A stretch of 64,000 nt of DNA from Candidatus Thorarchaeota archaeon (GTDB lineage: Archaea; Asgardarchaeota; Thorarchaeia; Thorarchaeales; Thorarchaeaceae), in NCBI GenBank assembly GCA_048882045.1, contig JBHLRZ010000001.1:1-64000 (forward strand). Reading direction: 5' to 3'. Made by a program: the position numbers and the translations under genes. Below the pieces are notes generated by a model. It was not told where the DNA came from and searched no databases. It worked only from the letters and a program-made list of their open reading frames with translations. Below are positions 57,378-64,000 of the stretch, piece after piece; positions within the stretch are counted from its first letter, which is position 1; each line of letters opens with the position of its first letter.

Positions 57378-58007
57378 CTATCTTGGACGATAGATCTTGT
57401 CCAGAGCCCACCTCAGAGTTCTCTGAATCTCTTCCAATCTTGATTCGGGCCCATAGTTAGTTATGAGTATCTCGTCGAGATTATTGTCTTCCGACTTTAA
57501 TTCGAAGTCGAAAGTGTCATCCCAATCAATCTCCTTATTCTCGGCTCTAAGTCTGTCTTCTTCTTGAAACTTCCCTAGAATCTCCTTAAGGAAGAACTTG
57601 GCAAAGGCTCCGCGAGTGATATTATAGACCGCATGGTCAGCAGGCACTATCCGTAGATTCTGGTCTATAACTTCAATGGTGGCCAACTCGAGATCACCAG
57701 CCTTGTTCATCACAAGGATGCTTCTTGGTTCACCAGTAGTTTCGATTTCTTCTGTTGGTGTTAATTCGGGAGATTGCTCAGGCATTCCCAAAGCTGTATC
57801 AGCTGTGACAAAGCTGGCCTTTCCAATTGTAACATCAAGAACTTGGATGAATTCCTCTAACCGATCAATACTCTCTCTAAGTCTGTCAATCTCTTCTTCG
57901 AGTTTTGTACGCAGATCGAGCAACACTTGTATGTTTGGACTTGCCACCTCATTCACCAACATGTCATGCGGATACCTGCGAAGGATATCCAATGATATAT
58001 CATTCAT
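57378..58007 (-). CDS. Hypothetical protein with N-terminal coiled coil
   Basis: 209-aa ORF; LLDLRTKLEEEIDRLRESIDRLEE; C-terminal RWALDKI. Confidence 0.65.
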   Translation of the reverse strand: MNDISLDILRRYPHDMLVNEVASPNIQVLLDLRTKLEEEIDRLRESIDRLEEFIQVLDVTIGKASFVTADTALGMPEQSPELTPTEEIETTGEPRSILVMNKAGDLELATIEVIDQNLRIVPADHAVYNITRGAFAKFFLKEILGKFQEEDRLRAENKEIDWDDTFDFELKSEDNNLDEILITNYGPESRLEEIQRTLRWALDKIYRPR

Positions 58008-58032
58008 TGTAATATTATAGCGCCCCTCTATT

Positions 58033-58257
58033 TCACTCTTCCAGTGCAGCTACAGAAATAGCGAAATCTGGGCACTCCAATTCACAAAGTTTGCACACCT
58101 TGCATGCGTCAAGATCTGCTACAATAGGTAGAAAGAATCCTCTGTTGTCCACGACCTCAGACTTTCGAAGGACACCGTGGGGACAGACAGAGATACAGAT
58201 ATGGCAGCCCTTGCACATCTTCGGGTCAACGACGATTGCTTTTGCCTTCTTAGCCAT
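58033..58257 (-). CDS. 2x[4Fe-4S] ferredoxin (KorD-like)
   Basis: CKGCHICISVCP, CKVCKLCELECPDFAI. Confidence 0.88.
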   Translation of the reverse strand: MAKKAKAIVVDPKMCKGCHICISVCPHGVLRKSEVVDNRGFFLPIVADLDACKVCKLCELECPDFAISVAALEE

Positions 58258-58374
58258 AACAGGAATCTCCGAATCCTCCCCCAATTAAATCGTGATATAA
58301 CGGTTCTCATCTGACAGAGAAGAGCGAGCATTAAATATGTCCGAAATGATGAGAGTGTAGTAGGTGTCTGGTTA

Positions 58375-59079
58375 TTGAAACCGTTTCTCGTATTCAAGTG
58401 TCCACAGTGCAAGAATTTCACAAACGCACCAGCTGGTCAGAAGAGAAGAAGATGTAGCTATTGTGGATCAATCATTGACATCACCAAGGCTGCATGTGCT
58501 ATTTTTGATTCTTCGAAGCAGGCTTTAATAGCGGTGAAGGAGTTCAATGCAGCTCGGGGAGGAGATGAGTTTCAAAAATCAGTGGAACGGTCTCGAGAGA
58601 GAGTTCTTGCATTAATGCCCAAAGAAACTGTGACCGCTTCAGACATCTCTGACGGAGAAGCTACGCCACTCGGCAAAAGGAAACGCCTCATGTCACTCTT
58701 AGAAAAAGAGGCTACGAAAGCACCGATATCACTCGACAGAATCGAAGAACTCTGTCTAAAGTATGAACTGGATTGGAAGTGGGTAGAAAGTCAATTGGAG
58801 AGTTTATCCAACAGTGGAACCGTCATATTTCCTAGACCGTGGTCAGTCCAGCTCGTAGTAACAGAAGACAAAGTGAGTGGAGATGACACGGTGAGGGATG
58901 TTACTACAGATATACTCGCCTTGCTTTCTGAGTCAGGCGAAACAATCAGAATAGTCGACCTCATCAAGAGATTCGAACAGAAAGGGATAGGCGAATTATC
59001 AGTTGTTTCGTCACTTGAGAAGCTGATGCAGAAAGGAGAGATATTCGAACCCAAAACTGGGCATGTTCAGCTGGTGTAG
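58375..59079 (+). CDS. Zn-ribbon (DUF1922-like) protein with C-terminal winged-helix domains
   Basis: CPQC..RCSYCG; C-terminal LEKLMQKGEIFEPKTG. Confidence 0.65.
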   Translation: MKPFLVFKCPQCKNFTNAPAGQKRRRCSYCGSIIDITKAACAIFDSSKQALIAVKEFNAARGGDEFQKSVERSRERVLALMPKETVTASDISDGEATPLGKRKRLMSLLEKEATKAPISLDRIEELCLKYELDWKWVESQLESLSNSGTVIFPRPWSVQLVVTEDKVSGDDTVRDVTTDILALLSESGETIRIVDLIKRFEQKGIGELSVVSSLEKLMQKGEIFEPKTGHVQLV

Positions 59080-59129
59080 ACTTTTCGATTGGTTGAAATG
59101 GACTCAGGAGACCTAGTAGTTGGTACAAA

Positions 59130-59519
59130 ATGCCAATAGTAGAACTCGTTGCAAAGAAGACCTTGGAGCTCAATCCAGACATGGGTCTCGATGTGGTCGA
59201 TTTGATTGTTCTGCTTTGGATGTATTCGAATCCGTATTCTAGCCACAGACGACAGTTGAGTTCTATGAGGAATGTCCTGAAGATGTCCGAAACAATCCAA
59301 GTTCCAGGAGGAGGACTGGATGTTTCAGAAGAAGAATTGACACAGATTGTACTTGGAAGTCTTAAGAAGCTAAAGGGAAAAGGACTCGTATACATTCAGT
59401 CAGCAGGTGTGCATTACATTAAAGGAACTCTTACAGAGAAGGGAGTGGATCTGATCAAAGCTTCTGTGAGGACCCCAGTTCTTAGAAGAGTGACTGCTGA
59501 GTTTGGGGACAATCCATGA
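59130..59519 (+). CDS. Winged-helix hypothetical protein
   Basis: SLKKLKGKGLV...GTLTEKG. Confidence 0.65.
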   Translation: MPIVELVAKKTLELNPDMGLDVVDLIVLLWMYSNPYSSHRRQLSSMRNVLKMSETIQVPGGGLDVSEEELTQIVLGSLKKLKGKGLVYIQSAGVHYIKGTLTEKGVDLIKASVRTPVLRRVTAEFGDNP

Positions 59520-59541
59520 GTTTCATAGACAAGTGACAATC

Positions 59542-59549
59542 TTTAAATG
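59542..59549 (+). promoter_or_regulatory. Putative TATA box of the ribosomal protein operon
   Basis: TTTAAATG just after the upstream gene, ~210 nt before the rpl22 ATG. Confidence 0.45.
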
Positions 59550-59556
59550 CGAAACT

Positions 59557-59752
59557 CTTCCGAAACCGGACTGCTGCTCAGCAGAAACAGCTGTTTCAGT
59601 ACCGATGGAAGCAGTGCAGACAACTAGTTCTGCTCGCGAGAACAGTCTGCAGACGTGTGCCGGTAGGTCCTGGAGTGGTTGCGAGAGCACAAACACGACT
59701 TTACAGCTTCAGACAGACAAGCTGTTGTAAGTCCCCACAAAGCGGAAGTGAG
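59557..59752 (+). ncRNA. Candidate structured 5' leader/ncRNA upstream of rpl22
   Basis: Multiple helices: tgcagac/gtctgca with gttct/agaac, gactt-acagctt/aagctgt-aagtc, actgct/agcagt, cttccg/cggaag; palindrome gaaacagctgtttc. Confidence 0.5.
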
Positions 59753-59757
59753 GCATA

Positions 59758-60222
59758 ATGCCAACATATGGATATTCAATCATAGGCATTGACCCGGATA
59801 GGACTGCTATTGCTAGCGGAAGACACATGCGAGTTTCTCCAAAACAGTGTAGAGAAGTTTGCAATGAGATCAAGGGAATGATGCTAGACAAAGCCATTGA
59901 ACTTCTTGAACAGGTGATCGAAGAGAAAGCTTGGATTCCCTACCGACGTCACAAGAAGAAACGAGGACATCATTCGGGGATGAAAAAATGGCCTTCAGGA
60001 GGTCATCCTGTAAAGGCATCAGAACATATCCTGGGCATCCTAAAAAACGCAGAAGCCAATGCCGACACCAAGGGTCTTGACATCGATAGACTGCGAATCA
60101 TTCACGCAGCAACTCAAAGGGGAAGGACCTACAAGAAGTACATCGAAAGAGCATATGGGAGAAGCAGTCCGTATTTCGAGAACACTTCACATGTGGAGAT
60201 AGTATTGGAAGAGGTGAGCTAA
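59758..60222 (+). CDS. rpl22: 50S ribosomal protein uL22
   Basis: RVSPKQCREVC, WPSGGHPVKA, NAEANA, RAYGRSSP, HVEIVL. Confidence 0.95.
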   Translation: MPTYGYSIIGIDPDRTAIASGRHMRVSPKQCREVCNEIKGMMLDKAIELLEQVIEEKAWIPYRRHKKKRGHHSGMKKWPSGGHPVKASEHILGILKNAEANADTKGLDIDRLRIIHAATQRGRTYKKYIERAYGRSSPYFENTSHVEIVLEEVS

Positions 60223-61139
60223 TGTCAGCTGTGAAGTATTTTATTGAACAGAACTCCCGAAGATTGGCAATTGATGAGTTCTTGGCAACTGAGCTCAACG
60301 CTGCAGGTTATGGTGGTGTTGAGATACGAAAGATGCCTATGAAGACAGAGGTCGTTATTCATGCCTCTCGGCCAGGAGTCGTCATTGGTCGTCGTGGTGC
60401 TAAAATCAGGGAACTCACATACATTCTAGAAAACGAATTTGGTATCGAGAATGTGCAGATCGAGGTTAATGAGATTGAGAACCCTTGGTTGGATGCCGCT
60501 GTGATGGCTTCACGGCTAGCCAGACAGTTAGAAAGAGGTGTTCGCTTCCGCAGAATGGCCTATTGGATTCTCAGACGTGTTATGAGAGCAGGAGCAATAG
60601 GCTGTGAAATCATTGTAAAGGGCAAACTTTCAAGCAGGAGAGCCCGATATCAGAAGTTCAAGCAGGGAACCATCGCAAAAACTGGTGAACCTGCAGATGT
60701 CTTTGTGGACCATGCCAACGACCTAGCTGTTCTCAAACCAGGGGTGATTGGGATTACTGTCCGAATCATGAGACCTGATGCCAAACTCCCTGGTGTCATT
60801 CAGATTAAACCGCCGAAGCCTCGCAAGAAGGAAGAGATTGAACTGGTCAAGAAACCAGATGATGAGGAGTCTGTTGAGGAAGAGGTTGGTGTCGAAGACA
60901 CACTCGAAGGCATCACAGACATAGACGAGTTAAGAGAACTTGAAGAGCTTGACGGTCTTGAGCTAATTGATGAACCATTTGAGCCAGCTCCAGAAGATGA
61001 GCCAAAGCCCGAAGTCAAAGAAGAACCTCCAGTGGAGGAGAAGACTGAGGCTGAGAGTGAGCCAAGTGAACCAGCTGAAGATGCAATCGTGGAGGATCTC
61101 AAGGAACTAGACGAGTTAGATGAGGGAGGAACTGAATAA
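60222..61139 (+). CDS. rps3: 30S ribosomal protein uS3 with acidic C-terminal extension
   Basis: AGYGG, RPGVVIGRRG KH motif, GCEIIVKGKL, KPGVIGITVRIM. Confidence 0.95.
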   Translation: MSAVKYFIEQNSRRLAIDEFLATELNAAGYGGVEIRKMPMKTEVVIHASRPGVVIGRRGAKIRELTYILENEFGIENVQIEVNEIENPWLDAAVMASRLARQLERGVRFRRMAYWILRRVMRAGAIGCEIIVKGKLSSRRARYQKFKQGTIAKTGEPADVFVDHANDLAVLKPGVIGITVRIMRPDAKLPGVIQIKPPKPRKKEEIELVKKPDDEESVEEEVGVEDTLEGITDIDELRELEELDGLELIDEPFEPAPEDEPKPEVKEEPPVEEKTEAESEPSEPAEDAIVEDLKELDELDEGGTE

Positions 61140-61351
61140 TGCCCGAACTTAGTGCGAAGGATCTTCGTAAACTCACCCAGGCTGAACGACAAAGGAAACT
61201 AGAGGAACTCTACGATGAGATGTCCTCCATCCGAATCGAGATGGCTACTGGTGGTGGTACTGAGAATCCCTACAAGATTCGAAACGTGAGAAGAGCAATT
61301 GCTCGTATTCTGACAATCAATCGAGAAGAAGAGTTGGAGGCGTCCGAATGA
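61139..61351 (+). CDS. rpl29: 50S ribosomal protein uL29
   Basis: ENPYKIRNVRRAIARILTI. Confidence 0.93.
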   Translation: MPELSAKDLRKLTQAERQRKLEELYDEMSSIRIEMATGGGTENPYKIRNVRRAIARILTINREEELEASE

Positions 61352-61632
61352 AAATAACTCCTCAGAATATTGTGAATCATGAGCTTGTTGGGTTGCAGAC
61401 TCACATAGTTGAATCAAAAGACCCCAATCATGTTTGCACGAGAGGTACAATCCTTGGAGAAACTAAGGAGATGATGGAAATTGACACAGGTAAAGTAACC
61501 AAAGCAGTTCCGAAGAATATCTGTGTCTTTGAAATAACACTCCCAGATAGTACAGTAGTCCGTGTAGATGGTGGACTACTGGGGGGAAGACCAGAGGACA
61601 GAATGAAGAAGCGCCTCAACAGGAGCTGGTGA
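61348..61632 (+). CDS. rnp1: Ribonuclease P protein subunit 1 (Rpp29/POP4)
   Basis: ITPQNIVNHELVGL, ET..M, VPK, GRPEDR; canonical position. Confidence 0.92.
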   Translation: MKITPQNIVNHELVGLQTHIVESKDPNHVCTRGTILGETKEMMEIDTGKVTKAVPKNICVFEITLPDSTVVRVDGGLLGGRPEDRMKKRLNRSW

Positions 61633-61634
61633 TT

Positions 61635-62003
61635 ATGGTTGAAACTAAGAACAAGGTTCGTAACATTGGCATTCCAAATGTGGAACCTCCTGAGAAGACA
61701 TGTGATGACAGGTATTGTCCGTTTCATGGACATCTGTCAGTAAGAAGCAAAGTCAGGGAAGGAATCGTTACCAGTACCCGGATGTACAAGACAATAGTGT
61801 TTCAGACTGACTTTCTCAGTCTTATCAAGAAATACTCGCGATACGAGAGACGTAGAACAAAGAGGCTGGCACATCTACCTCCCTGCATAGATGTGAAAGT
61901 TGGTGACACAGTGAAGGTTGTTGAGTGCAGACCCTTGAGTAAGAACGTTTCAGCTGTTGTCGTGGCAGTGAGTCCAGCTGAAGTGAGAACCGAGGAGGAG
62001 TAA
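61635..62003 (+). CDS. rps17: 30S ribosomal protein uS17
   Basis: CDDRYCPFHG, KYSRYERR, AHLPPC, ECRPLSK. Confidence 0.95.
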   Translation: MVETKNKVRNIGIPNVEPPEKTCDDRYCPFHGHLSVRSKVREGIVTSTRMYKTIVFQTDFLSLIKKYSRYERRRTKRLAHLPPCIDVKVGDTVKVVECRPLSKNVSAVVVAVSPAEVRTEEE

Positions 62004-62006
62004 TCA

Positions 62007-62429
62007 GTGTCAAGAAAAGTTGGAAGAGGAATCAGAAAATTCATACCTCGAATCGCTCGAGGGCTCCCAATAGGTGCCAAGATTTTGTGTGCCGACAATT
62101 CAGGAGCAAAGGAACTCAAACTGATCACCGTCTTTGGCTACAAAGGTAAGTTGAGAAAGCTGGGAAAGGCAGGCATAGGTGACATGGTCAACGTGTCAGT
62201 CACCAAAGGAAAGCAAGAACTTCGTAAACAGGTATTGCAGGCAGTCATAGTGAGACAGAGGAAACCATACAGACGACCTGATGGGACTTGGATGCAGTTC
62301 GAGGATAATGCAGCAGTTCTGGTAAAGCCAGGGGGTGAACCTCAGGGTTCTGAACTGAGAGGACCAATGGCAAGAGAAGTGACTCTGAAATGGCCAAGAG
62401 TTTCTGCTATTGCTTCAAAGATAGTGTGA
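62007..62429 (+). CDS. rpl14: 50S ribosomal protein uL14
   Basis: CADNSGAK, VRQRKPYRRPDG..FEDNAAV. Confidence 0.95.
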   Translation: MSRKVGRGIRKFIPRIARGLPIGAKILCADNSGAKELKLITVFGYKGKLRKLGKAGIGDMVNVSVTKGKQELRKQVLQAVIVRQRKPYRRPDGTWMQFEDNAAVLVKPGGEPQGSELRGPMAREVTLKWPRVSAIASKIV

Positions 62430-62438
62430 GGGTGGAAG

Positions 62439-62828
62439 ATGGTAAAGAAACCAGTAACAAAATCACCTAGGAAACAGCGACGGCGTGTTCGAAACGCACC
62501 TCTTCATGAGAAGAAGAACTTACTCAAGTGTCGACTTGATGAGTTCCTTCAAGAGGAATACGGACTACGTTCTCTTGTGGTCAAGAAAGGAGACCTCGTG
62601 AAAATCATGAGGGGGCAGTTTCGAGATACTGAAGGAAAGATAACTGCTGTAAGCTACAGGAAAGGCCGTGTGTATCTGGACAATGCCACACTTACCAAAG
62701 CAGATGGCAAAGAAGCCGCAGTACCGATTCATCCATCAAACCTCATGCTAGTGAAGCTGGAAATTGATGATGAAAGAAAACAGCTCATTGAGAGAAAGGT
62801 AATGAAAAACACGGAGGGTGATGAGTAA
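62439..62828 (+). CDS. rpl24: 50S ribosomal protein uL24
   Basis: SPRKQR..NAPLH, KKGDLVKIMRG, IHPSN. Confidence 0.95.
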   Translation: MVKKPVTKSPRKQRRRVRNAPLHEKKNLLKCRLDEFLQEEYGLRSLVVKKGDLVKIMRGQFRDTEGKITAVSYRKGRVYLDNATLTKADGKEAAVPIHPSNLMLVKLEIDDERKQLIERKVMKNTEGDE

Positions 62829-63574
62829 TGGCTAGAAGAGGTCAGAAGAAACATCTCAAACGTCTTCCAGCGCCCAGACATTGGCCAATCAAGAGGAAGG
62901 AAGCAAAATTCACAACTCGTGTTATCCCTGGTCCACATCCAAAAGAGCACAGTCTGAATCTCGCCCTGATTCTTAGAGAGATTCTCGGATATGCAGAGAA
63001 CATGCGGGAAGTAAAGGCTATTCTCTCAACTGGTCAGATCAAAGTCGATGGTGTAGTCAGAAAGAATCCACGATTTCCAGTTGGACTCATGGATGTGATT
63101 GAGATCATAGATTCCAACGAGCGCTTTAGACTTCTACCCAAATTGAATGGTGGTCTTCGGCTTGTTAGCGTAAATGAGGATGAGGCAGGATTCAAACTCT
63201 GCCGGATTGAGAACAAATCCTTGGTCAAGGGTGGCAAGGTTCAGCTTGGACTTCATGATGGTCGGACCATCCTTGTAGAACCTGAGAAAGCAGCAGATTA
63301 CAGTACACTTGACACTCTAAAGATGGGTATACCGAAACAAAAGCTGATGAAGTCAATCAACCTGGATAAGGGAGTTTATGCCATTGTGACGAGAGGAAAG
63401 AACATTGGCATTGAAGGCAAGGTCTTAGAGATATCAAAGCGAATCGGCACACATGCAAGCACAGTGACTATCCAAGATCCTGAAGGCAACAGGTTCGAAA
63501 CTGCTCTCGATTATGTGTTTGCGGTTGGAAAGACTAAGTCAGAGGTCACTCTTGACGGAGGTGGATCTGAATGA
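62828..63574 (+). CDS. rps4e: 30S ribosomal protein eS4
   Basis: HLKRLPAP, PGPH, VDGVVR..FPVGLMDV, LHDGRTI. Confidence 0.95.
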   Translation: MARRGQKKHLKRLPAPRHWPIKRKEAKFTTRVIPGPHPKEHSLNLALILREILGYAENMREVKAILSTGQIKVDGVVRKNPRFPVGLMDVIEIIDSNERFRLLPKLNGGLRLVSVNEDEAGFKLCRIENKSLVKGGKVQLGLHDGRTILVEPEKAADYSTLDTLKMGIPKQKLMKSINLDKGVYAIVTRGKNIGIEGKVLEISKRIGTHASTVTIQDPEGNRFETALDYVFAVGKTKSEVTLDGGGSE

Positions 63575-64000
63575 GCATCGAGAATGAAGAGATCACAGAA
63601 GACGTCTTTCTAGAGGACTGGAAAGCCTTTCCGATGAGAGAACCATTCATTGCTAAAGTTGTCGTAGACATGTGTACTGGCGGTGGAGAAGCATTGACCA
63701 GAGCCTCCACAATCTTGGAGGAACTCAGTGGTCAGACCCCAACCCAATCAAGAGCTCGTCAGACAGTACGAGACTTTGGAATTCGTAGGAAAGAACCTAT
63801 CGCCGTACGAGTTACTCTCAGACACAAGAAGGCAGAAGAATTTCTGGTTAAAGCTTTGAAAGCCAAAGAGAACATCTTGCTAATCAAGAACTGGGACCTC
63901 GATGGTAACTTTGCATTTGGTATCGCAGAACACATCGACATTCCAGACGTGAAATACGATCCACAGCTTGGAATCCAGGGGATGAACATCACAGTATGTA
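63571..64000 (+). CDS. rpl5: 50S ribosomal protein uL5 (3' truncated by window)
   Basis: PMREPFIAKVVV, GQTP, FGIRRKEPIAVRVTLR, GNFAFGIAEHID, YDPQLGIQGM. Confidence 0.93.
   Translation, partial: MSIENEEITEDVFLEDWKAFPMREPFIAKVVVDMCTGGGEALTRASTILEELSGQTPTQSRARQTVRDFGIRRKEPIAVRVTLRHKKAEEFLVKALKAKENILLIKNWDLDGNFAFGIAEHIDIPDVKYDPQLGIQGMNITVC

Noticed and set aside
59557-59752. rpl22 leader as RNase P or SRP RNA
   Set aside because: Conserved RNase P (GAGGAAAGUCC) and SRP helix-8 motifs not found on either strand
1-64000. CRISPR arrays, transposases, integrases, prophage, rRNA; many short antisense ORFs
   Set aside because: No regularly spaced repeats or mobile-element motifs seen by eye; the short ORFs lie opposite or within well-supported genes

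Overview
Archaeal chromosomal window, most consistent with an Asgard archaeon (Thorarchaeia-like). This is inferred from archaeal information genes (two TFBs, RpoP, aIF1, EndA, LeuRS, GGGP synthase, start of the L22-S3-L29-Rnp1-S17-L14-L24-S4e-L5 operon) together with a roadblock/LC7 protein, a Get3-like ATPase and HdrABC-MvhD. The left third holds sugar-nucleotide genes, an ABC exporter, and a cluster of two AOR-family (tungsto)pterin oxidoreductases with 4Fe-4S partners, MoaD, a cyclic amidohydrolase, a PreA-like flavoenzyme and a deaminase-like amidohydrolase (possible nucleobase catabolism). The most striking feature, missed by the ORF track, is a collapsed selenocysteine locus on the minus strand (34550-35740). 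It contains a 9/4-fold tRNA-Sec (UCA) with one mismatch in each of four arms. About 700 nt upstream is a selB pseudogene with two frameshifts and motif-breaking substitutions, which a deletion appears to have fused in frame to the last ~27 codons of a SepSecS-like gene. The HdrA-MvhD in the window has Cys at typical Sec positions. Other candidates are a ~200-nt structured leader before rpl22, unannotated transmembrane microproteins (one directly after get3), a single-repeat TFB-like protein, and two apparent pseudoenzymes. No mobile element or CRISPR array was seen. All family assignments are from motif recognition, not database searches.
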